Shown one piece after another: positions 10,147-19,397 of a stretch of DNA of 64,000 bases (the first letter of the stretch is position 1; every line of letters begins with the position of its first letter). The translations under genes and the position numbers were made by a program. This stretch comes from a virus. Below the pieces are notes generated by a model. That model saw nothing but the letters and a program-made list of their open reading frames with translations. It did not search any database and was not told the origin of the DNA. The stretch lies in the IMG/VR virus record IMGVR_UViG_3300008952_003529; one strand, 5' to 3'.

Positions 10147-11106
10147 GTGGATAAAGACTTTTATAATAAATCTAGCTCTGATAGTCTGGGGTGGGAACCG
10201 TCTTGGTTCGGGTGTGAAGAGTTTAATAACGATCTAGTAAAAGCCGTCAAGGAGTGGCAGAAATCATACGGTTTAACAGCGGATGGTCTTGTTGGCCCAA
10301 TGACGTATAGAAGGCTCTGGACCGAAAGGGAGACGAACATTACTGATTGGATGGATGCGTTACCATTAAAACGAACCTATCGAGATGGAGACAAGCACAT
10401 CGTCCACAACGGGCACTTTATTCCCATAGAGTGGGACAAAGTAATTTTGTGGGATGAGTCTGATGGGTTCAAATCAAAAGACGGGTGCTACACAAGCTAT
10501 GCCGGAAAGCCCGATCGTAAACCAACGATGTTTGTCAACCATTGGGACGTATGTCTCAGCGCAGAATCGTGCGCAAAGGTTTTGAATAAGCGTGGAATAT
10601 CAGTACACTTTCTTATTGATAATGACGGTACCATTTTTCAGATGCTAGATACGCAGCATAAGGCATGGCATGCTGGAATTCCTCGCTACGAAGGTGGGAA
10701 CTCAAAGGGAATTGGCGTCGAAATTTCTAATGCATATTACTTGAAATATCAAGACTGGTATACTAAACAGGGTCTAGGGAAAAGACCGGTTCAAGAACAT
10801 GGTTATGTGCATGGAAGAACATTACCTCCGTTTACAGACTTTTATCCTGTCCAACTTGAGGCCCTTAAGGCTCTTTGGAAAGCGATACACACTGGAATTG
10901 GAATACCCTTAGATTATCCTAAGAATGTAGAAGGTCACATCGAAACAGGGGTGCACAAAGAGTGTGAGCGAGGAAAATTTCACGGTTTTTGTAACCATTA
11001 TAATTTCACTCGCGGAAAGATAGATTGTGCCGGATTAGATTTACCGAAACTGCTACAAGATGTTGCTGCTTCTCCTGCTTATTGTATCGATAAAGAACGA
11101 GGATAA
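10147..11106 (+). CDS. N-acetylmuramoyl-L-alanine amidase with N-terminal peptidoglycan-binding domain (endolysin-like)
   Basis: WQKSYGLTADGLVGPMT PG-binding repeat; NHWD, SVHFLID, AWHAG, GVEI, HYNF...KIDC amidase_2 motifs; GTG start. Confidence 0.82.
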   Translation: MDKDFYNKSSSDSLGWEPSWFGCEEFNNDLVKAVKEWQKSYGLTADGLVGPMTYRRLWTERETNITDWMDALPLKRTYRDGDKHIVHNGHFIPIEWDKVILWDESDGFKSKDGCYTSYAGKPDRKPTMFVNHWDVCLSAESCAKVLNKRGISVHFLIDNDGTIFQMLDTQHKAWHAGIPRYEGGNSKGIGVEISNAYYLKYQDWYTKQGLGKRPVQEHGYVHGRTLPPFTDFYPVQLEALKALWKAIHTGIGIPLDYPKNVEGHIETGVHKECERGKFHGFCNHYNFTRGKIDCAGLDLPKLLQDVAASPAYCIDKERG

Positions 11107-11110
11107 GATA

Positions 11111-11674
11111 ATGCCAGCATGTGATGGAAAGCTTTTTAAAAAATTTAAGCGGGGCTCCGCTTTTGTTGAGACAGGGGCATATCTTGGCGAGGGCGTGCAA
11201 GCTGCACTAAGGGCTGGGTTTGATAAAATCTGGACCGTTGAATTATCTGAGTCGCAGTACAAACATGTAGCCAAGAAATTTTGCGATAATGAAAAAGTTG
11301 TATGTTTATTTGGAGACTCGAGAGACCTTCTTGGGGAGATGCTGTTAAAGTGTAGAGACATGGACCCACTGATTTGGCTTGATGCACATGGCGGTCAATC
11401 AAACACGGGGGATATTACAATGCAAGATATGATTCCGCTTGAGTGTGGTATTATCAATAATGTGATGGAAAAACGAAGTTTTACGATTTTAATCGATGAT
11501 TTCGGCTACAGTAACGACAAGACTCTCCTAGAAGAAAATTGGATTGTTAAAGAAGTAAGAAGAATCTGGCCTGATGCTATTATTACTAGGGAAGACGGTT
11601 GCGGCGATCATCGCGGGGGATACCGGACTATGCCCGGTTTTGTCTTAGCAGTGCGTGTGGAAAATAAAATCTAG
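11111..11674 (+). CDS. Putative class I SAM-dependent methyltransferase-like protein
   Basis: FVETGAYLGEG motif I, TVE, LFGDS, IWLDAH, ILIDD. Start moved to ATG 11111. Confidence 0.55.
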   Translation: MPACDGKLFKKFKRGSAFVETGAYLGEGVQAALRAGFDKIWTVELSESQYKHVAKKFCDNEKVVCLFGDSRDLLGEMLLKCRDMDPLIWLDAHGGQSNTGDITMQDMIPLECGIINNVMEKRSFTILIDDFGYSNDKTLLEENWIVKEVRRIWPDAIITREDGCGDHRGGYRTMPGFVLAVRVENKI

Positions 11675-11743
11675 TGATTCAACGATTTACTGAGTGATGG
11701 AGTAGCGTAGTATTATTGCGTATATTCTGCTATAGGAGAAAAC

Positions 11744-12754
11744 ATGAAAGTAGCGCATATTGACTATATTTGGGTAGACGGGTTTGATGTACCATCAATT
11801 AGGTCAAAGACGAAGGTAGGTCCCATCACAACTAACGATGAGGGCCAATCCGCGATAGAAATAACACAGTGGAATTTTGATGGCTCATCGACCGGCCAGG
11901 CTTCGACGAGCGAGTCTGAAAGACTTCTAACACCTGTTCGTCTTTACCAGGTGTCACCAAGCCAGTACATGGTACTTTGTGAGGTGGAGGACGTTGATGG
12001 AACAGCACATTCTACAAACCATAGAGCTGTTCTGCGAGAGTATCTTACGGAAAATCCGACCAAAAATCTTTGGCTTGGTTTCGAACAAGAATATTTTTTA
12101 ACTGATAATAGAAGTAAGAATATGTTTTGGGCGGGTGAAGTAGAGCCGCCAAACACACCCATGTATTATTGTTCTTCTGGTGGGGACAGAGTGATGAAAC
12201 GAGGCTTAGTAAGAGCCCACGCTGATATTTGCTGGTCAATGGGAATTCAGGTTGTTGGATATAACGCTGAAGTCGCTCCAAGTCAATGGGAATTTCAATG
12301 TTTCGGTGAAGACACGCTAAAGGCATGTGATGATTTATGGGTTTCAAGATATATGTTGTCACTTCTCGCCGAGAACGATGGCGTTGGTGTCGATTGGTCC
12401 CCCAAGCCACATACAGGATGGAACGGCTCAGGTTGTCATACTAATTTTTCAACCGAGGAGATGCGGACAGGTACGGACAACGAGAAGTTGTATAATAGCA
12501 TTTTAGAAAAGATGTCCATGAACCATACCTCAACGATATCAGAATATGGCGAAGGGAATAATGATAGATTAGTGGGAGCGTATGAGACATCTAGTTTCGA
12601 GAAGTTTTCGTACGGCGTCGCCGACCGTAGTGCTTCTGTTAGGATTCCCACATCGACAGTCGACAACGAGTGGAAAGGGTATTTAGAGGACCGACGACCT
12701 TCTTCAAATTGTGATCCGTACCGAGTCGCAAACCAATTAATAAGATTTGTGTGA
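11744..12754 (+). CDS. glnII: Glutamine synthetase type II
   Basis: WNFDGSSTGQA, GFEQEY, NAEVAPSQWEFQ, WNGSGCHTNFST, RSASVRIP, GYLEDRRPSSNCDPY. Confidence 0.93.
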   Translation: MKVAHIDYIWVDGFDVPSIRSKTKVGPITTNDEGQSAIEITQWNFDGSSTGQASTSESERLLTPVRLYQVSPSQYMVLCEVEDVDGTAHSTNHRAVLREYLTENPTKNLWLGFEQEYFLTDNRSKNMFWAGEVEPPNTPMYYCSSGGDRVMKRGLVRAHADICWSMGIQVVGYNAEVAPSQWEFQCFGEDTLKACDDLWVSRYMLSLLAENDGVGVDWSPKPHTGWNGSGCHTNFSTEEMRTGTDNEKLYNSILEKMSMNHTSTISEYGEGNNDRLVGAYETSSFEKFSYGVADRSASVRIPTSTVDNEWKGYLEDRRPSSNCDPYRVANQLIRFV

Positions 12755-12763
12755 GGGAATGCT

Positions 12764-14308
12764 GTGTCGTTAAAATTTACTGTTGATTTAACCGAAGAGC
12801 AGGCGTCTGTATTGTCTCTTGATGTTATAACATTTTTAGACGCCTTATGTGAAGAGTTCAGTCTTACGATTGCTCATCTTCTGGATGAGCGTGGGGGATT
12901 TACACCTGGTTTTCTGGAAGAAACGAAGTGGATACGAGAAAGCCAGTGGAAGATTGCGGATTTCTCAAAAGACCTCGAAGACAGACGTGTCGAAATTACT
13001 GGTCCTCCCGATCGAAAAATGATAATCAACGCATTGAATTCCGGCGCGAATGTGTACATGGCAGACTTTGAGGACTCCAATTCTCCGACGTGGAGCAACT
13101 GTGTAAATGGCCAGATAAATTTGCGCGATGCGATTCATAACGAGATTGATTTTCATGATGAGAAAAGAGACAAAATGTACTCCCTCGGCTCCGAGCTAGC
13201 AGTGTTATTTGTTCGTCCCCGCGGACTTCATTTATCAGAGGGTCATGTGATTCATGATTTGTGGGATGCGCCAATTCCAGCAGCGCTCTTCGACTTTGGT
13301 GTTTACATTGCGAATAATATCACCACCCTTGTGGAGACCGGCCGCAGTCCCTATTTTTATCTTCCCAAATTAGAGCACCACAATGAAGCTGCTCTTTGGA
13401 ATAAGATTTTTTCATTTTCTGAAGAATATTTTGGCGTGAAGAATGGAGTTATTAAGGCAACTGTGTTGATTGAAACCCTTCCAGCGGCATTTCAAATGGA
13501 CGAGATATTATACGAATTGCGAGAGCATTCAGTTGGGTTGAATTGCGGTCGGTGGGACTATATTTTTAGTTTCATAAAAACATTTCGAAATGACCCAAAG
13601 TATATTGTTCCTGATCGAGATGAAGTGGGTATGACGCAACATTTTATGCAGTCCTACTCGAGACTCTTAATACAAACATGTCACCGCCGGGGAGCGCATG
13701 CGATGGGCGGTATGGCTGCTCAGATACCTATAAAGAACGACCCTGTAGCGAACTCAACCGCGATTAGAAAGGTAGAGCAAGACAAGATTCGGGAAGTAAT
13801 GGATGGACATGACGGCACATGGGTAGCGCATCCAGGATTAGTGGCAATCGCAAAAAAAGTTTTCGATGAATATCTTATCACGCCCAACCAAATTAACAGA
13901 CCTCTATCAAATATTGAGATATCAACTGAAGACTTGGTGGAAGTTCCTGTAGGATCTTTCACAGAGGAAATGTTAAGAAAAAATATAAAAATTGGATATG
14001 AATATATGAAGGCCTGGGTTGCGGGGTCTGGGTGCGTGCCTCTTAACAATTTAATGGAAGACGCCGCCACTGCTGAGATATCTCGTGCACAGACCTGGCA
14101 GTGGTTGCGGCATAACGTAATGCTTGATAACGGAGCTGTTGTGACGCAAGAGTATTTAGGCGCACTGTTTCAGGAAGAATTGATTGGTGAGTGCGGAGTA
14201 GCGTATGATCTATGGCACATATTGTGCTTTCAAAATAATATGGATGAGTTTTTAACACTACAAGCCTATAATAGCTTGGAATTAAATGGAAAATTGGAGA
14301 TTCTCTGA
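12764..14308 (+). CDS. aceB: Malate synthase A
   Basis: [64 protein letters not shown]. Confidence 0.96.
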   Translation: MSLKFTVDLTEEQASVLSLDVITFLDALCEEFSLTIAHLLDERGGFTPGFLEETKWIRESQWKIADFSKDLEDRRVEITGPPDRKMIINALNSGANVYMADFEDSNSPTWSNCVNGQINLRDAIHNEIDFHDEKRDKMYSLGSELAVLFVRPRGLHLSEGHVIHDLWDAPIPAALFDFGVYIANNITTLVETGRSPYFYLPKLEHHNEAALWNKIFSFSEEYFGVKNGVIKATVLIETLPAAFQMDEILYELREHSVGLNCGRWDYIFSFIKTFRNDPKYIVPDRDEVGMTQHFMQSYSRLLIQTCHRRGAHAMGGMAAQIPIKNDPVANSTAIRKVEQDKIREVMDGHDGTWVAHPGLVAIAKKVFDEYLITPNQINRPLSNIEISTEDLVEVPVGSFTEEMLRKNIKIGYEYMKAWVAGSGCVPLNNLMEDAATAEISRAQTWQWLRHNVMLDNGAVVTQEYLGALFQEELIGECGVAYDLWHILCFQNNMDEFLTLQAYNSLELNGKLEIL

Positions 14309-15546
14309 TGACAGCTAATAATCGATGGGACGGAATTACCCGCCCTTACTCCGCTGAGCAGGTAGATAAATTACGCGGCTCATTTCGTGAAAACTATGGT
14401 TTCGCAACACACGTTGCAACAAAGCTTTGGAACCAATTATGCTCTGAGCCCTACGTTCATGCAATGGGAGCTGTGACTGGAAATCAAGCGATGCAGATGG
14501 TCAAGGCCGGTACACCCTCGATTTATTGCTCTGGATGGCAAGTCGCCGCCGACGCGAATGATTCTCATTCCATGTACCCGGACCAAAGTTTATATGCGGT
14601 AAACAGTGTTCCAATGCTTATTGAAAAAATAAATAATGCTCTTCGTCGTGCCGACCAGGTCGAATGGATTGAAAATTGCGGGTCAATAAGAGACTGGTTC
14701 GCACCGATTGTTGCAGATGCAGAAGCAGGTTTCGGTGGAAACCTCAATGCGTTTGAATTGATGCAAGCAATGATTCGCGCCGGCGCAGCAGGGGTGCATT
14801 TTGAAGACCAGTTATCTTCGGCCAAGAAGTGTGGTCATTTAGGCGGAAAAGTTCTTGTACCGACCAGCGAGTTTGTTAAGAAATTGATAGCTGCTCGGCT
14901 AGCAGCGGATGTGATGGATGTACCAACTATTTTAATTGCCCGTACCGATGCCGATTCAGCCCGTTTGATAACGTTAGATGTTGATCCTATAGACCAACAA
15001 TTTATTACATCAAATGAACGAACCGCAGAAGGATTTTATCATATCACTGGCGGGATAGATATGGCCATATCTCGAGGCTTGGCGTATGCGCCGTATGCCG
15101 ACCTTCTTTGGTGCGAAACCAGCACGCCTGATTTAGCAGAGGCGCAAAAATTCGCTGACGCTATACATGAAAAATTTCCCGGTAAGATGCTGGCGTATAA
15201 TTGTTCACCTTCTTTTAACTGGCGCGCGAACCTCGATGATGAAACTATTGCAAAGTTTCAAAATTCTTTGGGGGAAATGGGTTACAAATTTCAGTTTATC
15301 ACCTTGGCTGGTTTTCATTGCTTGAATTATTCAATGTTCAATTTAGCGCTGGATTACAATAAGCGAGATATGTCTGCATACGCCGAACTTCAAGCTGCTG
15401 AATTTGCCGCTGAAGATATTGGATATACTGCTACAAAGCACCAACGTGAAGTAGGAACAGGATATTTCGACGCAGTTGCACAAACGATATCGTCAGATTC
15501 ATCGACTTTAGCTTTAAAAGAGTCCACCGAAGCTGAGCAATTTTAG
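14308..15546 (+). CDS. aceA: Isocitrate lyase
   Basis: [28 protein letters not shown], catalytic [28 protein letters not shown]. Confidence 0.97.
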   Translation: MTANNRWDGITRPYSAEQVDKLRGSFRENYGFATHVATKLWNQLCSEPYVHAMGAVTGNQAMQMVKAGTPSIYCSGWQVAADANDSHSMYPDQSLYAVNSVPMLIEKINNALRRADQVEWIENCGSIRDWFAPIVADAEAGFGGNLNAFELMQAMIRAGAAGVHFEDQLSSAKKCGHLGGKVLVPTSEFVKKLIAARLAADVMDVPTILIARTDADSARLITLDVDPIDQQFITSNERTAEGFYHITGGIDMAISRGLAYAPYADLLWCETSTPDLAEAQKFADAIHEKFPGKMLAYNCSPSFNWRANLDDETIAKFQNSLGEMGYKFQFITLAGFHCLNYSMFNLALDYNKRDMSAYAELQAAEFAAEDIGYTATKHQREVGTGYFDAVAQTISSDSSTLALKESTEAEQF

Positions 15547-16253
15547 TGAGTAGAATTGAATTATATGATGACAAGATAGGCGTTGTTGAATACGTTTCCC
15601 ATATGGGAGAAGACATTACAGTTGTTAATAGCGCCAGGGTTTCTTTTGGGAAACATAAGGATGTAATGGATGACAAAGATAGAAAGCTTATTAAGTATCT
15701 TATCAAACATAAGCATACGTCAACACTCGAACACTGTGTTATAACATATCGGTTCATAGTACCCCTTTTCGTTCGAAGCCAGCATCACCGTCATCGAACA
15801 TGGAGCTATAACGAGATATCACGTCGTTATACTGACGAGAATCTCCGGTTTTATGAGCCAGCAAGTTTCAGAACGCAGCATAAATCCAATCGACAAGCTT
15901 CAAATATTAATGAGCTAAGGGACCCTGTAGTGATACCAGACCTTTCGGATACGGATTATGGTATGACTGCATCTCAAGTTGTCAGTGATCATCACCGACG
16001 TTCTGTAATGTTATACAACGATCTTCTCAGGGTAGGTGTATGCCGCGAACAGGCTCGAGGTGTTCTCTCCCAAAACCTGTACACTGAGTATTACGGAACT
16101 GTCAATTTAAACAATCTTTTAAAGTTTGTTTCGCTTCGAACCCATGACGGTGCCCAATGGGAGATTCAACAAGTAGCAAAAGCTTGTTTAGAAATTGCTA
16201 AAAATTGCTGGCCAGAAACAATAGAAGCCTATCAAGAATTAACATCATCTTGA
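15546..16253 (+). CDS. thyX: FAD-dependent thymidylate synthase
   Basis: VNSARVSF, HTSTLEH, RHRTWSYNEISRRY ThyX signature, REQARGVL, HDGAQWEI; GTG start overlapping the aceA stop. Confidence 0.95.
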   Translation: MSRIELYDDKIGVVEYVSHMGEDITVVNSARVSFGKHKDVMDDKDRKLIKYLIKHKHTSTLEHCVITYRFIVPLFVRSQHHRHRTWSYNEISRRYTDENLRFYEPASFRTQHKSNRQASNINELRDPVVIPDLSDTDYGMTASQVVSDHHRRSVMLYNDLLRVGVCREQARGVLSQNLYTEYYGTVNLNNLLKFVSLRTHDGAQWEIQQVAKACLEIAKNCWPETIEAYQELTSS

Positions 16254-16319
16254 TTCAAGAAAGCTTATCTTTTGCTCTATATTTAAGAGCTGGATAGTTT
16301 GTTTCGGCGGTAATATAAT

Positions 16320-16556
16320 ATGTCAAAATGTGATAGCGGTTCTAGTATTTTACGGTTAAGAGCTCTTAGGGAGCAATTATGTGGTAAAGAACAAGAATGG
16401 AAGTCGGCATTTGAGGTACGTGATGAAGTTGTACAAAGGTTAGTGGATATACACACTTACTCTGGGTTGGATGACGCTGAAATGGAGGTTATTCATGAAA
16501 AGCTTGGTTGCATTTTAGAATACCTTCAAATAACACCTGACGAAGACACGGAGTAA
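16320..16556 (+). CDS. Hypothetical protein
   Basis: 78-aa ORF filling a gap, downstream of an ATATTTA motif. Confidence 0.55.
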   Translation: MSKCDSGSSILRLRALREQLCGKEQEWKSAFEVRDEVVQRLVDIHTYSGLDDAEMEVIHEKLGCILEYLQITPDEDTE

Positions 16557-16560
16557 GATT

Positions 16561-16884
16561 ATGCCTGAAGAAACTAATGGATGGAGCGAATATTCTAGGC
16601 TTGTTTTAAAAGAACTTGAAACGCTAGCAACAAGTATCCAAGCACTAAATGCTGAGATTCAAGAGCTTAAGCAAGAAATTGCTAGAATGAGAGAGAGGGA
16701 AGACCGGGTAGACGAGCTTCGTGCCTGGAAAGAAAAGATTGATGAAGTTGCATCGCCCTCTCAGCTCGGAACGATGACAAAAGAAGTAGAAGACCTGAAG
16801 CTTTTTAAGACAAAGGCAATAACTGCTTTTGTGGTGGTCCAATTCGTTATGGCTGCCTTTGCTTGGGCTATAAATTATCTGTAA
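16561..16884 (+). CDS. Coiled-coil protein with C-terminal transmembrane helix
   Basis: Heptad-like LATSIQALNAEIQELKQEI; hydrophobic tail AITAFVVVQFVMAAFAWAINYL. Confidence 0.65.
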   Translation: MPEETNGWSEYSRLVLKELETLATSIQALNAEIQELKQEIARMREREDRVDELRAWKEKIDEVASPSQLGTMTKEVEDLKLFKTKAITAFVVVQFVMAAFAWAINYL

Positions 16885-17022
16885 ATCTCGATAATTTCTG
16901 TTATCATAACATATGATAACTTGGATTCCGCTCAACCCCAGCAATCATACCTTGAATGATTATCGGGGGTGGTTACAAATGAATCATGACTCCTATAATA
17001 TGATTAGTGAAATGGAGGAAAC

Positions 17023-17256
17023 ATGAACACTAATGAACTAAAAATGAATGATGATGCAATCAATCATCTCGCAAAGCTTCTGCAAATGGCTATTTTAACT
17101 GGTACTGATATTATGGACAATCTTCGTTCTGCTACATTTGTTGTACACAACGATGAGCTTCATATCCATCCAGATTATCATGAAGCGTTTGAGCAGAATA
17201 TTCAAAATATGATGTCTGCCTTGGCAACTGAAGAAGAAGTTGAAGAAGTTGAGTGA
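17023..17256 (+). CDS. Hypothetical protein
   Basis: Strong GGAGG RBS; TATAAT upstream at 16994. Confidence 0.65.
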   Translation: MNTNELKMNDDAINHLAKLLQMAILTGTDIMDNLRSATFVVHNDELHIHPDYHEAFEQNIQNMMSALATEEEVEEVE

Positions 17257-17623
17257 CAAATTAGACCAAATGTTCGCCCGGCGGACAGCGTTTATGACAC
17301 GCTTAAAGGGAAAGAAGCCAGCTGAGTATCCAGATTGGCCGATCGATTTGTCAGATAAACGAAACCAACAGCACGTAAGAGATATGGCTCTAAGGGGTGT
17401 TGAGGAAATGTTCGAGGCATTGCAGCATCTCAAAAACTGGAAACCGCATAGAGACACAGAGGTTCATGAATTTGATAGAAGCGAATTTTTGGAGGAGGTT
17501 GTTGATGCGTTTAACTACTTTATGTCAGTACTTGTCTTGACTGGAGTCGATGCTGAAGAGCTTTTTAGCGCGTACTGTGAAAAAGACCAGATAATTCATG
17601 ATCGGTTGGATGAGGGTTATTGA
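17240..17623 (+). CDS. All-alpha NTP pyrophosphatase (dimeric dUTPase / T4 gp56 dCTPase-like)
   Basis: EEMFEALQHLKNWKPH and EEVVDAFNYF acidic EE..E / E..D motifs. Exact start uncertain. Confidence 0.72.
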   Translation: MKKLSDKLDQMFARRTAFMTRLKGKKPAEYPDWPIDLSDKRNQQHVRDMALRGVEEMFEALQHLKNWKPHRDTEVHEFDRSEFLEEVVDAFNYFMSVLVLTGVDAEELFSAYCEKDQIIHDRLDEGY

Positions 17624-17644
17624 TCGACGATATTTAATGACGTT

Positions 17645-18325
17645 ATGCAGCAATTCAAGCGTCAACTTCAAAGAAAAATTCGAATATTAAAATCTGAGCT
17701 AAAAATGCTCCAAAATTATTATGACGAATCGTATAACCTTTTTAAAGAGTATGAGCAGGAATGGCTTAGCGATTTAAATCACTTTCAAAAAAAATTTAAG
17801 GGCCCTCAACCAGTTGATGAAACCCCCGATACGACAGCAACAGGCGTGGGGTATAAGCTGGGACAAGCTGAAGAACGAAAAAATCATGATACAGCCGAGC
17901 AACCAGAGAAATTTCATCCGGAATGGGCAAAAAAATTATTTCGTAAGATTGCTATGTTGACGCATCCAGACCGCGCGATGCCAGAAGACAAAGCTAGGTT
18001 GGAAGCGTTATTTTTAAAAGCATCCACAGCACTAGAAAGCGAAGATCATGAAGAATTATTATCACTCGCTTTAGATCTCGGAATTTCGATTGATATAGAT
18101 GCACCCGAGCTTAGACCTCTTCTCGAAAAGCGTGTCGCTCAAGTGAAGGAAAAAATAGCTTCTTTAGAATGTGACATTCCATGGATCTGGGGCGAAGGAT
18201 TCGGTCTCCTTGAAATACGAATTCCTCTTTTAAGAGCAGTATTAGCTAATGATGGAATCGATACAAACGATGAAGAATTAAGAACTGAGATTAGTAAAAG
18301 AGAGAGCGAAAATGATACCGGGTGA
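17645..18325 (+). CDS. Coiled-coil protein with J-domain-like HPD motif
   Basis: AKKLFRKIAMLTHPDR matches J-domain helix II plus the HPD loop. Confidence 0.6.
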   Translation: MQQFKRQLQRKIRILKSELKMLQNYYDESYNLFKEYEQEWLSDLNHFQKKFKGPQPVDETPDTTATGVGYKLGQAEERKNHDTAEQPEKFHPEWAKKLFRKIAMLTHPDRAMPEDKARLEALFLKASTALESEDHEELLSLALDLGISIDIDAPELRPLLEKRVAQVKEKIASLECDIPWIWGEGFGLLEIRIPLLRAVLANDGIDTNDEELRTEISKRESENDTG

Positions 18326-18527
18326 TGTGGCGTGTATTACGGAGTACCACTTCGGTGTAGGCTCAGACGGAACATCTTACATTCTCACGCCAGGTGACGG
18401 CGGATTGATTGTCGAACGCTATCATGAATTCGGGACAGTTATATTATTTATATTAGGTAACCTCATTGAGGTGGAAGAGCAAGCGCTAAGTCTACGTGAG
18501 TATAATAACCGGGAGATTATCAAATGA
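18312..18527 (+). CDS. Hypothetical protein
   Basis: Overlaps both neighbours in a translationally coupled arrangement. Confidence 0.55.
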   Translation: MIPGDVACITEYHFGVGSDGTSYILTPGDGGLIVERYHEFGTVILFILGNLIEVEEQALSLREYNNREIIK

Positions 18528-19354
18528 CAAAGAAGATTAATCAAGATCGATTAAACGAAATTATAAAAGAAGAAGTTGTTAGTCATTTTTTGATGGAATC
18601 AAACTTACGAGTGGTGAGCACCTTAACGAACCGCGTTACGCGCGCGATTCTTTTCCTTGTAAAAGATGGTAAGACAACCACTGAGGAATATCAAGTCTTG
18701 GAAGCAGACGATTTAATCGACACTGCCGGCCTACAAGATGAGACAGCTATCTACAGTCTTGATATAGATTTTCTCCCTGGAAAAATTAATCCAGACTTGG
18801 TCAGTGATGACTTCGGCGAAGACGACACTTATTTAAGCGTTTCGTTATTTATTACTCCCTCTGATGCGATCCATATTTCTGGTGATAATATCAACCGTAC
18901 GGGGAGCCCCGGAATTCATGTGGATGTATTTGCTCCGAACCCGCTCCCTGATAAGAAGCGTGCTCTTCTTCGATCTGAGATTTCGAATACTGTCCGTCAT
19001 GAGATTGAGCATATGCTTCAAGAGCTTCCAATGTATTATCGAGGGATGGAAGCTGCCGAGGGTGGAACATACGAATATGAAGACTTCGAAGTCATCGGTA
19101 CGCCGGTGTCAGATCGCGCGAAAGATTACTATCTTGATGTAAAAGAGGTCTCTGCTCATATTATGGGATATGCGCATAATGCACAATCAACAAAGGCATT
19201 AGAAAGTGAAATACGTTCCATGCTTCAGAATTGGGCTAAGCAAGATTGGGAAAAAGATCGAGAGCGATATATCGCACCTGAAGATGTAGATATTATTGCA
19301 GGCGCCTGGATGGATTGGGCAAAAAAACACCTGAGAAAACAAAGATTTCGTTGA
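18524..19354 (+). CDS. Leader-bearing protein with HExxH zinc-binding motif
   Basis: N-terminal KINQDRLNEIIKEE; VRHEIEH followed by a downstream Glu (KEVSAH), as in zincin metalloproteases. Confidence 0.6.
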   Translation: MTKKINQDRLNEIIKEEVVSHFLMESNLRVVSTLTNRVTRAILFLVKDGKTTTEEYQVLEADDLIDTAGLQDETAIYSLDIDFLPGKINPDLVSDDFGEDDTYLSVSLFITPSDAIHISGDNINRTGSPGIHVDVFAPNPLPDKKRALLRSEISNTVRHEIEHMLQELPMYYRGMEAAEGGTYEYEDFEVIGTPVSDRAKDYYLDVKEVSAHIMGYAHNAQSTKALESEIRSMLQNWAKQDWEKDRERYIAPEDVDIIAGAWMDWAKKHLRKQRFR

Positions 19355-19379
19355 AAAAGATTGCTAATTTCTCTATAAT
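19351..19379 (+). promoter_or_regulatory. Sigma70-like promoter
   Basis: TTGAAA-17 bp-TATAAT, upstream of the GGAG RBS and dnaE start. Confidence 0.75.
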
Positions 19380-19397
19380 GATTGGTATGGAGACAAA

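Noticed and set aside
9167-16253. Bacterial chromosome or host contamination suggested by iscU, clpP, glnII and aceBA
   Set aside because: These genes overlap or abut phage-type genes (nrdJ, amidase, thyX) without their usual bacterial operon partners. A read-level check is still advisable.
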